The notes below the pieces were generated by a model. It made no database searches. It was not told the origin of the DNA and saw only the letters and a list, made by a program, of their open reading frames with translations. A stretch of 64,000 nt of DNA from a virus. Lineage: Duplodnaviria; Heunggongvirae; Uroviricota; Caudoviricetes. A program made the translations under genes and the position numbers. This document shows positions 37,141 to 47,559 of this stretch, piece after piece (the first letter of the stretch is position 1; each line of letters begins with the position of its first letter). The stretch spans positions 38,524 through 102,523 of the IMG/VR virus record IMGVR_UViG_3300028797_000094, one strand, 5' to 3'.

Positions 37141-38043
37141 ATGAAATTTGTTAAAGTAAGAAATGGAAATTATGATATCTATTTTGATTTAGACAGCGGA
37201 ACTAAAATTAGAAAGAATGATGAAGATTGTTTTATCCCAGAAAAACCTGAGTCAATGGATATTAAAATTACTAATATGTGTGATAAAGGTTGTCCGTTCT
37301 GTCATGAAGCATCAACTAAAGATGGTAAGCATGGTGATATAATGAATGCTAAGTTCTTAGAAACTTTGCTTCCTTATACTGAACTTGCAATTGGTGGTGG
37401 CAATCCACTTGAGCATCCAGACTTAATTCCTTTTTTAGAAAAATGTAAAGCATTAAAATTAATTCCAAATATGACAGTCAATCAAGTTCACTTTATGCAA
37501 AATATTGATTTGATAAAAGAATTAGTTGATAATAAATTAATTTATGGTCTTGGTATTTCTTTAGTAATTCCAAGTAAAGAATTTATTAATTTAGTAAAGC
37601 AATTTCCAAATGCAGTTATTCATATGATTAATGGTGTACACAAATATGAAGATTATAAAAAATTATATAATAATAATTTAAAGATTTTAATTCTTGGATA
37701 TAAAGAATTTAGACGTGGAAATGATTATTATAAAAAACATATTTGTACAACTGAAGAAATTAAAACTGATATTGCTGAACACTTAAAAGAAATTACTGAA
37801 CATTTTGCAGTAGTCAGTTTTGATAACTTAGCTTTATTTCAATTAAATGTTAAAGGCTTATTAACTGATGAAGAATGGAATGAATTCTTTATGGGAAAAG
37901 ATGGAACACATACAATGTTTATTGATTTAGTTAATAATACTTTTAGTACAAGTTCAACAACACCTGTTGAAGAAAGGCAAGTATTACTTGATGATATAAA
38001 ACCAATGTTTGATTGGGTACGAAATCATCAAGCAACAATTTAA
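37141..38043 (+). CDS. Radical SAM protein
   Basis: CDKGCPFC (CxxxCxxC); GGGNPL; TVNQ. Confidence 0.9.
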   Translation: MKFVKVRNGNYDIYFDLDSGTKIRKNDEDCFIPEKPESMDIKITNMCDKGCPFCHEASTKDGKHGDIMNAKFLETLLPYTELAIGGGNPLEHPDLIPFLEKCKALKLIPNMTVNQVHFMQNIDLIKELVDNKLIYGLGISLVIPSKEFINLVKQFPNAVIHMINGVHKYEDYKKLYNNNLKILILGYKEFRRGNDYYKKHICTTEEIKTDIAEHLKEITEHFAVVSFDNLALFQLNVKGLLTDEEWNEFFMGKDGTHTMFIDLVNNTFSTSSTTPVEERQVLLDDIKPMFDWVRNHQATI

Positions 38044-38045
38044 TT

Positions 38046-38423
38046 ATGAAATATAGAGTTGTAGTTGATTCATCTTTAGATAGATTTGGCCAAGAAGAAG
38101 TAGAACTATATAAAGAATATGATACTTTAAAAGAAGCAAGAGCAATGGTTCGAAACTTTTATCGTGATAGACATTTTGCTTGTCACAATGATTATTATAT
38201 TCAACACTTTAAAAATGGTAAGTGGGTTTATTTAGATAAGAGATTACAAGCAAGAGAAGATGAAAAGAAAAAACCAATAATGCTTAAAAGAATTAATTGG
38301 GCTGGTGATGTAGTTGAATTACCTTTTAAAGTTGAGCTAACAAAGACAGAAGCAAACTATGATAAGTTAGCAATGTTTAAAGTTATTAAAGAATTAGTAA
38401 AAGCTTTTCCTAAGGAGAAATAA
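38046..38423 (+). CDS. Hypothetical protein
   Basis: ORF; start moved. Confidence 0.65.
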   Translation: MKYRVVVDSSLDRFGQEEVELYKEYDTLKEARAMVRNFYRDRHFACHNDYYIQHFKNGKWVYLDKRLQAREDEKKKPIMLKRINWAGDVVELPFKVELTKTEANYDKLAMFKVIKELVKAFPKEK

Positions 38424-38425
38424 AT

Positions 38426-38716
38426 ATGAAAGTTATATTTGATACAAGAATTAATGAATGGATAGAATGGAATGAAAAAGAACATTCTTATTTAGCACCT
38501 GAATTATATTTTGAAATTAAAGAATCACCTGATAAATATTCTTATCATACTTTTAATACAAGTAATGGTGAGAAAACAATTAAAGCAATTGACGATGATG
38601 ATTTTAGTAATCAATATGAAAAACTAAAAGAAGAATGCACTGTTTTATATAGAGTTTCTTGGGCAATGCCTAAAGACTTTTATAATGGTGGATTAGAATA
38701 TTTTGGTTTAAAATAA
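38426..38716 (+). CDS. Hypothetical protein
   Basis: SD AAGGAG. Confidence 0.7.
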   Translation: MKVIFDTRINEWIEWNEKEHSYLAPELYFEIKESPDKYSYHTFNTSNGEKTIKAIDDDDFSNQYEKLKEECTVLYRVSWAMPKDFYNGGLEYFGLK

Positions 38717-38731
38717 TTTAGGAGGATTTAA

Positions 38732-39307
38732 ATGGAGCAAGAAGAAAGAAAGAATATTTTAAATAGACAATATACTACTTTAGTATTACATTATATTAAT
38801 TATAAAGGTCAACCTGATGAAATGGAATTAATTGATAGAGAAGGCTGGTTGCACTATGGAAAACCTTGTGTTGATTCTTGTCATTGGGAATATAGAAATT
38901 ATAATGATTTAATTTTTGATTTAGAAAATCAACGTGGTCCTGAAGAAATTCGTAAAGCATTATTTGTTAAGAAAAGATTATTTAGTAAGAAAAAAGTTAT
39001 CTACGAATCTTGCACAAGTGATTGGGAAGATAGAAAGATTGATAGAAAGTCTTTTGTTAAGTTAGTTTTTAATCAAGAATATAAAGAAGACAAAGATGTT
39101 AATATTCAAAGAGTCTTACAACAATTACCTGTTGATGAATTATTCTTATTTGCACAAGATCACTGTGATGGATTAAGGTGTTATAAAACTATTGATGAAT
39201 ATATTAATAGTCAAATAAGAGAAAAAACAAATGCTTTACAACAATTTACTGATAATATGATGCAAACACTTGGTCTTAATAATATAGATAACTGGCCAAA
39301 AATGTAG
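38732..39307 (+). CDS. Hypothetical protein
   Basis: SD AGGAGG. Confidence 0.7.
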   Translation: MEQEERKNILNRQYTTLVLHYINYKGQPDEMELIDREGWLHYGKPCVDSCHWEYRNYNDLIFDLENQRGPEEIRKALFVKKRLFSKKKVIYESCTSDWEDRKIDRKSFVKLVFNQEYKEDKDVNIQRVLQQLPVDELFLFAQDHCDGLRCYKTIDEYINSQIREKTNALQQFTDNMMQTLGLNNIDNWPKM

Positions 39308-39316
39308 GAGAAATAA

Positions 39317-39640
39317 ATGGAAAAAACAAAATTAGAAAAAGAATTAGAACTTTATTGTAAGGAAGCAGTAAGTGCTTATCGTGGAGACTTTACTAACTTA
39401 GTATTTACAAGTCTTGAATTAGTTGATAATTCAGACGAAGAAAGTGAAGATGGCTACAAATACTTTATCTTAACAGTTGATGGTGGATTAAATGGTCGTG
39501 GTCAAGTATTGTTTTATTTAGAAGACATTGAAAAATTAATTAAAAAATTAATGGTAAGATTTAGTGATGTTTGGATGATTGATTTGATTAATGATTGTCC
39601 TGATGATGTATTTAGATTAAGACTTGGATTAAGAATATAA
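39317..39640 (+). CDS. Hypothetical protein
   Basis: SD AGGAG. Confidence 0.7.
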   Translation: MEKTKLEKELELYCKEAVSAYRGDFTNLVFTSLELVDNSDEESEDGYKYFILTVDGGLNGRGQVLFYLEDIEKLIKKLMVRFSDVWMIDLINDCPDDVFRLRLGLRI

Positions 39641-39654
39641 TAAAAATTAAAATT

Positions 39655-39685
39655 AAGTAATAGTTAATTGACTATTACTTTTTTT
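39655..39685 (+). terminator. Intrinsic terminator
   Basis: AAGTAATAGT-TAATTG-ACTATTACTT plus Ts. Confidence 0.75.
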
Positions 39686-39690
39686 ATTTA

Positions 39691-39708
39691 TTTGCTAAAT
39701 TATATGAT
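39691..39708 (+). promoter_or_regulatory. Class III (late-type) promoter
   Basis: TTTGCTAAATTATATGAT. Confidence 0.75.
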
Positions 39709-39732
39709 TATTAAATTATTGGAGAAAGAATT

Positions 39733-40440
39733 ATGGCACAACCAACAGTAGACCAACTATTAAATATGCCTTGAGAACTAATTAAAATAAAAGGCTATGA
39801 GCGAGATCTTTGTTATGAAGTTTGACTAGCAGATCCTGATATTCAATATTTAGTTAATGAATCAAACTTCATTGGCTTTATAAATAGTAATGGAACTATT
39901 CATATGGCAAGTTTTTTTGATATGAATGGTAAAGATACAAGTGTTGAATTAATGAGTTTTTTATTAGATGTTATATATAATGTAAATAATCATTCACTTG
40001 CAGAAACTACAAGAGTTGAAGTTGCTATTCAGTTAATAAAAGCAAACTTAACTGCTGCTTTAATTATATCTAACTCAATAGAAAAAGTTTTTAAATACTT
40101 TCAATTTCATGTACAGCATTGAACATTTGAGGGTGAAACTACACAATTGCATTGAGAAACTTTTACACATGCACCTGTCAGTATTTCAGATACACCACTA
40201 AAATATGAACTAAGCTTAAATATAAAAGGAGTTAATAATCAAAGCGTTTCATTTTTTGAAGTAAATATTTGTAATTGATGAACAACACAAATGAATCCTG
40301 AAGAAACAGTACAAGAAATAGTTAATAATCGTATTAATGTTGAGGCTTCAATAACAGTAAAAGGTAGACATATAAATTTAAATTCAACAATTAAACAATT
40401 TCCAAAAGAAATTAAAGACGCAATTAAAGACCTAATTTAA
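39733..40440 (+). CDS. Late hypothetical protein A, 235 aa (code 4)
   Basis: SD GGAG; TGA at codon 14 and later; DPDIQYL motif. Confidence 0.75.
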
Positions 40441-40451
40441 GGAGATATATT

Positions 40452-41174
40452 ATGAGTGCAACTTGAGCACAGATGCAATCAAATACAGCTATTAAAGAAA
40501 ATGCTATTATGAATATTGCAAGAGACCCAGAATTAAATAGTTTATTAAGTGAAAATAATATTCCTGCAATCAAACAAGTAGAACCTCATATGGAAGCAAT
40601 CACTAATATCTTAAATGGAAATCAAGATATAATAAAATTTTGTCATGATGTAGTAATGAATATTTATGAAAGTAATAAAAGTTATTTTGATATCAATGCA
40701 ACTGTTATCACAGATGAAATGATTTGTTTATATATTAAAGCACTTATTGCAAGAATATTAGTTTTAAATGCAGTAGTAGAAAATAGTTTAATAAATTTTG
40801 AAGTTAGAAGTTTATATGCAATTCATTATAAAACACGCTTAATATGATTAATGAATGAAACAAGTATTGAAATGCAAGATAAGGATGCTTATTCTGGAAA
40901 TCATATTCAATTAAGACTTGGCTTAGAGGATAAAGGTTGAGGCTATGATATTGAGATTGCCCCAAAAGATATTTGGAAAATGGATTTAACTGGACCACAA
41001 GAAACAGCTTTAATTAAAAAGAATATAGAAAATTATTCAGTCCAGTATGATATAGATTTTCTTGATAATTCATTTAGAACAAGCAAACATGTTGAAATAG
41101 AATATTGTTTGGTAAGAGATTTAGTAAAGACTATTAAGAAAAAAATTATTGAAGATTTTCCAAAAAGATATTAA
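40452..41174 (+). CDS. Late hypothetical protein B, 240 aa (code 4)
   Basis: SD AAGGAG; TGA at codon 5; joins track ORFs 40473 and 40980. Confidence 0.75.
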
Positions 41175-41185
41175 GGAGAACACTT

Positions 41186-41932
41186 ATGGTTGATTTTTAT
41201 AAGACAACTTGACAAGACATGCTAAGAGATAAAGATATTTATGAAGAAGCTTTAGATCTTATTGCAGCAAATCAAGAGGTTCAATATTTACTTGGTGAAT
41301 ATAAAAAATTAGATAAATATGAAGAGAATTATACTTCTAATTCACACAAGTCAACTGAGGGCTTTTTATTTGGAGACTTACCTGTTAGAAAATTAGTTAA
41401 CTTAATAATACTAAAGGTTAGGGATAGAAAAGTTAGATTTTTTGAATCGCCTCATAATGTAATAACATTAGCAACTTTAACAAAATATGTATGTGGTGTT
41501 GCAAGTAAAATATTAGCTATTGATAATGTAGTGAGAAGAAAACTATTTATTTGAAATAATAAAAATAATTCAAAGACATTTTGTTTAAACTATTTAGAGC
41601 ATCATGCAGATCCAAACCCTGCATCTGAAATTGATGATGTAATTAATTTAAGATATAAAGTTTTAAATAATACTGAGCTATCAATATATGGTGGTTTTTA
41701 TGATGTTCAAATTGTTGCTGAAGATATTTTTGATTTTGATGACCATGATAATATAGACCTTGCTAACTTTATAAACAGATGTTTAGACAAAAGTGAAGTT
41801 TTAGTTGGCTATCAATATTTTGATGCTACTGGTGAACCATCAAGAATTGGCAAACGTTATATAGATTTAAAAAAGATAATCCCAGAAATTAAAGAAACTT
41901 TAATCTTCCATGCTAATTCTTATTTAAAATAG
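41186..41932 (+). CDS. Late hypothetical protein C, 248 aa (code 4)
   Basis: SD AAGGAG; TGA at codon 9. Confidence 0.75.
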
Positions 41933-41944
41933 TGGAGGTTTATT

Positions 41945-42649
41945 ATGGATTTAAAAAAATTAAATAGAATGATAACTCTTGATGATGATTGTAAATATTT
42001 ATGAGGCGAAGAAATAATTCGTGAACGTTCAGGCAATATATTAGATACAACACCTTTAGCTTATGCAATAAATGGTTTTGGAAAAGACCCACTTAGTTAT
42101 TGAGTTAACGATTGTATTGGTAGAGGTTATAGAATAGACGATTTAACAGAAGAACAGGTTTTAGAATATTTAAAATTAAAATTGACACAGACAGTTATCT
42201 TATCAAAGTTTTTGGAAAAGCTTAATAAAGGTCTTGTACTAGACTTTAGGGATTTTCCGCATTATGATAAATTAAAACAAAATTATAATCTTCCTGCTTG
42301 AACTAATTTTAAAGTAATGAGTATTATATCACAATTTGAAACTTTAACAACAAGTTCATTTATGGTATATACAATTGACGGTAAAACAGAAGTAGATGAT
42401 AATGTATTAATAGAAATAGAATTTAGAGTTCCTTTACAGCTTATTGCAGTAACTGATAGAGCAAAATACTCAAGCTTAGGGGAATTTGCTGCAGATGATA
42501 GATATAATAGTTTTGATGTATATACGACTGTCTATAGAGATGGTGATGATATAAATGTTTATCGTGATACAGTATATTCACAACACTCAGCTAAACAAAC
42601 TATATATAATATATTAAGAACAGCAGTTGTTACAGGTCATACTAATTAA
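41945..42649 (+). CDS. Late hypothetical protein D, 234 aa (code 4)
   Basis: SD GGAGG; TGA at codon 20. Confidence 0.75.
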
Positions 42650-42660
42650 GGAGAATTATT

Positions 42661-43314
42661 ATGGATTTTACAAGAGAAGATATGGAATGAATATATGAAA
42701 ATGATGCTGAATTAAAATATTTATATTCTGAGCGTAATTTAAATTCTAATAATTGGAGAGGCCCAATTCACACTGGAGAGAATGCTAAATACTGAGCAGC
42801 AGGTGATTTCTTAAGTACAATAGATGTAATTAAGAAAAGATATATGGCAAGTTATGATGCTGATCAACTAACCTTAGATAATGTTTCTGCAATATTAAAA
42901 GTTATAGTTGCAGCTCAATTTGCTTTTGTTGATTATTGTGATAAGGTATTTAGAAAAGATTTAAATATCAATGGTAGACTTTGAGAACAAAAATGAGTAT
43001 CTACAGCAGTAACGGCAGCAACTAAACCTGGAATGGAATCAAGATATGAATCTGAACTTGTACAAGCACCAAATGGATATAAATATACATTACATATTAA
43101 TATTGAGCCTGCAATAAGCTTTTTATATTTAGAAGACTATCTTATCAAAGATGCTGCGGCTGCTACAAAAGAACATTTAGATAATTTTAAAGTTAAGACA
43201 ACAATTGAAATTTCTGATAACATAAATGATGAAGACTTAAACTTTAGCCAACAAACAAACTTAAAAGATGTTGTGCCTTATATTAAAAAAGTTTTAAGTA
43301 CTGCTGTTAAATAA
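42661..43314 (+). CDS. Late hypothetical protein E, 217 aa (code 4)
   Basis: SD AAGGAG; TGA at codon 10. Confidence 0.75.
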
Positions 43315-43346
43315 AGCTATAAGTAAAACTTATGGCTTTTTATTTT
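43312..43346 (+). terminator. Intrinsic terminator
   Basis: AAAGCTATAAG-TAAAA-CTTATGGCTTT plus Ts. Confidence 0.7.
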
Positions 43347-43391
43347 ACTTAGACCCGGTTAATAAGAATGTAAGTAAAAGATAATGTTTTA

Positions 43392-43409
43392 TTTGCTAAA
43401 TTATATGAT
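43392..43409 (+). promoter_or_regulatory. Class III (late-type) promoter
   Basis: TTTGCTAAATTATATGAT. Confidence 0.75.
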
Positions 43410-43434
43410 AAAAATTTTTAAGGAGGCAATTAAT

Positions 43435-44649
43435 ATGCCAATTCCAAAAAATGCAATTGATATAAATAAACCTATAGAAATTGATGATAAAGCTGTTAGT
43501 GAGCTTGAAGATAAGTATATTAAAAAAGAAGATAACTTCAATGCTAATTCATTGCGAGAAACATCAAAAAAGCTAGATAATATTTATGAAGATTTTTTAG
43601 AAGAAACTCTTCTTGAAGGAAATTCAAATAATATAAAAAACTCAGAAATAGAAATTGATTTTGCTAAAATACAAAATGGTTTAGAACAAAATGGTGTAAT
43701 AAATACTGATAAATATCTTAATTATATAAAAGATAAATATAAAAATTTAGGACATGATAATAAAGATAGATATAGTATAACACATGTTCATCATATTTGA
43801 CCCACAAGTTTAGGTGGTCCAAATGATGACTGAAATAAAATAAGACTAACTAGATATGAGCATATTAGAGCACATGCTATTTTAGCTTTAAATAACCCAG
43901 AGTGTTTAGCAGCACAGGATGCTTTTTTAAAGATTCATAGAGCAGAAGATTATGTTACAGCAGCTGAATATAATAAAATTGTAAAGCAAGAAGCTAGATT
44001 AAAGAGTAGAAAATATGCTGGCGAAGATAATCCAAATTATGGTAATCATATTTCAGATATTAAAAAACAAGAAATGTCTACTAATGCTCAATCATCTAGT
44101 CAAAATAGTAAAGCTGTAGTAGTAGAATATGTTGATGGACATGTTGAAACATACAATAGTGTTGCTCAAGCTGCTAATGCATTATTTGGAGAAAATAGTA
44201 CTAAAACCAATATTAGATATACAGACCCTAAAAAACAATTACAAAAATTTTTAAACGGTAGACAAAAGTTTAATTCTAAGTGAAGAGACGGTGGAATTCA
44301 AAATATAACATATTTAGAACCTGATGCATATTTAGCTATTGGTTATAATAATAGTTCAAAACCAGTAATAGGAATTCCTAGTGATTTAAATAAAAATGAA
44401 ATTTATGCAAGCTCTGTGCGAAAAGCTGCTAGAGAGCTTATAGCTATATATGGTCAAGAATATTATAAAAACTATGAAGATCCAATAAGAACTCTTGCAA
44501 GTAATATAAGTAGCAATGCTGAGAATAATAAAGCTACTAATAGCAAGAGACGAAATTCTTACAGGCAAGTTGAGGGCTACTATTGAGTGTGGGGTGACTC
44601 TAGTCCACAATTAATTGGTCTAATAAAAAAATTTATCAAAGAAGGCTAA
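43435..44649 (+). CDS. HNH endonuclease with NUMOD3/NUMOD1-like DNA-binding modules, 404 aa (code 4)
   Basis: HHIWPTSLGGPNDDWNKIRLTRYEHIRAH; GEDNPNYGNHIS; TYNSVAQAANAL; 4 TGA. Confidence 0.85.
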
Positions 44650-44669
44650 AATGAATTTTCTTATAATTT

Positions 44670-44705
44670 AATTCCTATATATAGATATATAGGAATTTTT
44701 TATTT
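44670..44705 (+). terminator. Hairpin terminator after the HNH gene
   Basis: AATTCCTATATA-TAGA-TATATAGGAATT plus Ts. Confidence 0.65.
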
Positions 44706-44821
44706 ATAAGATAATGTAAGATATATTTGACGTTATCTTTCTTGCGTATATAAATCTTACAAAACAGTATACTACAGTATACCAAAATAAAGAAAATATA
44801 TACACAAAAAACTTTTTTAAA

Positions 44822-44857
44822 ATTATACAATAAATAGATCGGTAAATATTGTATAAT
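44822..44857. promoter_or_regulatory. Divergent pair of class II promoters
   Basis: TTTATTGTATAAT on - (44822-44834) and TATTGTATAAT on + (44847-44857). Confidence 0.6.
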
Positions 44858-44874
44858 ATTATAGGAGGCCAATT

Positions 44875-45075
44875 ATGAGAGAACCAAGTTTAAAAGAAAT
44901 ACAAACAATATTAAAATATATTAAAGAGAACTTCACTGTGAAAGATAAATCATTTGAACAAGTATTAAATTATTTCTATTCATTCAGTCCAAAGTGTTAT
45001 GAGTGTTCAAGCACAATGCAAATGTTTTGTCAATCTAAACCAGAAAATTGTTCTGGTCCACATACAGATTATTAA
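44875..45075 (+). CDS. Small Cys-containing hypothetical protein
   Basis: SD AGGAGG. Confidence 0.7.
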   Translation: MREPSLKEIQTILKYIKENFTVKDKSFEQVLNYFYSFSPKCYECSSTMQMFCQSKPENCSGPHTDY

Positions 45076-45089
45076 GGAGGCATAAGTAA

Positions 45090-45455
45090 ATGGAAGAAAG
45101 AAAAGTTAAAAAGGGATCTTATGGTTATTCTAATGATGGCTATTTAGATTTTATGGATTGCATGCACACAGCTTGGCCTTGGCAACGATTAAATGCAGAA
45201 GAGAAAAATTATATCAATAATATCTTTATAATTGCAAGACCAGACCAAGGAATAGAATATCAAGAAGCTTGGGATAAAGGTGGAGATCTTTGGACAAGCT
45301 GTTTAAAATTACTTGGCTATCAACCAATGGGATGGAGAGAAGATAAAGATGGAAAACCAATTATTCCGCCTTGTGATACAGAATATGTATTAGTCCCAAG
45401 AAAAAAGATAGAAGCCTTAAAGAATATAATGGCTGATCTTAATAAAGTAATTTAA
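45090..45455 (+). CDS. Hypothetical protein
   Basis: SD AAGGAGG; TGG-only. Confidence 0.75.
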   Translation: MEERKVKKGSYGYSNDGYLDFMDCMHTAWPWQRLNAEEKNYINNIFIIARPDQGIEYQEAWDKGGDLWTSCLKLLGYQPMGWREDKDGKPIIPPCDTEYVLVPRKKIEALKNIMADLNKVI

Positions 45456-45469
45456 TAAAGGAACAAACA

Positions 45470-45721
45470 ATGAAAGAAATAAAAATTGGAGATAAACTTA
45501 CTTTAGAACAATATACAAATGATGACGGAACTATCAAAACACAAAAAGCAACAGTGATAGATTTTGATGATAAATATGTTTGGGCAGAATTAGAAAATAA
45601 TAAATCAGTGATGATAATAGATAGAAAGAAAATATCTAAACATATAATTAATCATACTTTATTTATATTTGCACCAAGAGATTCATATCATTGGGACAGC
45701 CATTATAGATTGACACATTAA
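45470..45721 (+). CDS. Hypothetical protein
   Basis: SD AAGGA. Confidence 0.65.
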   Translation: MKEIKIGDKLTLEQYTNDDGTIKTQKATVIDFDDKYVWAELENNKSVMIIDRKKISKHIINHTLFIFAPRDSYHWDSHYRLTH

Positions 45722-45730
45722 ATAAAAATA

Positions 45731-45785
45731 TGAAAACGTTTTCATTAAATTTTCTATTTACATTTTAATGAAGATGTGCTATAAT
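45731..45785 (+). promoter_or_regulatory. Class I sigmaA promoter with cre-like operator
   Basis: TGAAAACGTTTTCA 45731-44; TTTACA 45757-62; 17 bp; TATAAT 45780-85. Confidence 0.85.
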
Positions 45786-45822
45786 ATATATGTAAAATAA
45801 ATTAATAAGGAGGAAAATAAAA

Positions 45823-47559
45823 ATGGAAATTAAATATAAAGTATCAATGATTAATATGTTCTTACAAAAACTATCAGAGCATATTAATGAAGACGATACA
45901 GAAGTAGAAAAAATAAGAGATCTCATTAGTGAATTAAAATGGGAGAATAATAGATATGGAGACAATACTGAAAAGTATTTGTTTTTAGATAATTATTCAA
46001 TCAAAGAATTAGAAGTCCTTAGAGATGCTTTTAAGGACTGTGATGCAAGAAAAAATGTAAAAATTTTAAATATGCTTATTGACAGTTTAAAAAATCCATC
46101 AACTACTGCTTATTCAGATTTAAGAATTTTTGCTGAAGCTTTAGTTAAATATGTTGATGATTTTTCTGAGCACAAATGGTTGTTTAGAAAAGAGGACATA
46201 TGTAATGTTGAATATATTATTCCTTATTTATTATATCATGTTGACTATGTTCCTGAACGAAAAGTTGAAGGATATTTTTATGAAGCACATGTTGATGCTG
46301 AAATTCATACTAATGATATTAAAGGATATAGACGACAAAATATTCATTTTTACTTCAGTGATATTTCAGGAAGAACTTTAACAGAAATATTAACACAACA
46401 AAAAATGTTTATAGAAACACCTGAATTATATGAAGACTATCAAAAATCTGTTTTAAAATATGAAAATAGAATTAAAGAGCAAGGCACTCAATATAAATGT
46501 TTTCAATATGTATCAAAAGATGGATATAGTAATCGTTTTATATCTACAAAAGAAAATGATAATATTTTCGAATTCTATCATGTTATTAATGATATGAGAG
46601 GTGATAATAGACATTGGGTAAAACAAGAAGACTGTCATTTATATCGAAGCTATAAGAAAAAAAGAGAAAAAGATTTTTTCTGCAAAGATTATTATGACCT
46701 TCCAATTATGCCATTTTTATTTGGATATAATTTAGATACTCATAGTGAATGTTATTTTCATGTTGATGATATTGAAAATTATGAATATGATCATTCACTA
46801 AGAGATAAATTAGTTTTACCAGAATCACATAAAAATTTGCTTGATATACTTGTTAATAATTCTTCAATTTTAAAAGGAGACATTATCAATAATAAAGGCA
46901 ATGGAACAGTAGTTATTTTAGAAGGTCCACCAGGATGCGGAAAAACTTTAACTACAGAAGTATATTCAGAACTTATGAATACACCTTTATATAAAGTTAC
47001 CGCAGGTGAATTAGGAACAAATCCAAAAGAAATGGAAAAAACTTTATATGAGGTTTTAAATAAAGCACAGCGTTTAGGCTGTATTATTTTAATTGACGAG
47101 TGTGAAACTTTTGTTAGAAAACGTGCAGAAGACTTAACGCAAAATGCAATTATTACTACTTTTTTAAGACAGCTAGAATATTTTAATGGAATTATGTTTT
47201 TAACAAGTAATAAGATAAAAGATATTGATGATGCTATCTTGTCAAGATGTATTGCGGCAATTAGATATGAAGAACCTACCGAAGAAAACGCTAAAAAGAT
47301 TTGGAGAATATTATCTAAACAATTTGAGCTAGATAAACAAATCACAGATGAATTAATCAATAAATTAGTTAAAGTCTTTCCTAAAGCTGTAGGCCGTGAT
47401 ATTAAAGAATTATTAAAACTTACTGCGAGATATTGTTTAGGATTAAAGAAAGACATAGACATTGAAGCTTTCTTAGCTTGCGCTCAGTTTAGATATATAG
47501 ATGTTAATGAACAATATGTTGAAGAATTAAAAAATAAAGAGGTATCAGAAAATGAATGA
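45823..47559 (+). CDS. AAA+ ATPase with a long N-terminal domain
   Basis: Walker A GPPGCGKT; Walker B ILIDE; FLTSN; ILSRC. Confidence 0.9.
   Translation: MEIKYKVSMINMFLQKLSEHINEDDTEVEKIRDLISELKWENNRYGDNTEKYLFLDNYSIKELEVLRDAFKDCDARKNVKILNMLIDSLKNPSTTAYSDLRIFAEALVKYVDDFSEHKWLFRKEDICNVEYIIPYLLYHVDYVPERKVEGYFYEAHVDAEIHTNDIKGYRRQNIHFYFSDISGRTLTEILTQQKMFIETPELYEDYQKSVLKYENRIKEQGTQYKCFQYVSKDGYSNRFISTKENDNIFEFYHVINDMRGDNRHWVKQEDCHLYRSYKKKREKDFFCKDYYDLPIMPFLFGYNLDTHSECYFHVDDIENYEYDHSLRDKLVLPESHKNLLDILVNNSSILKGDIINNKGNGTVVILEGPPGCGKTLTTEVYSELMNTPLYKVTAGELGTNPKEMEKTLYEVLNKAQRLGCIILIDECETFVRKRAEDLTQNAIITTFLRQLEYFNGIMFLTSNKIKDIDDAILSRCIAAIRYEEPTEENAKKIWRILSKQFELDKQITDELINKLVKVFPKAVGRDIKELLKLTARYCLGLKKDIDIEAFLACAQFRYIDVNEQYVEELKNKEVSENE

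Noticed and set aside
44675-44872. Minus-strand 65-aa ORF
   Set aside because: Starts upstream of the minus promoter, spans promoter motifs, low-complexity AT sequence
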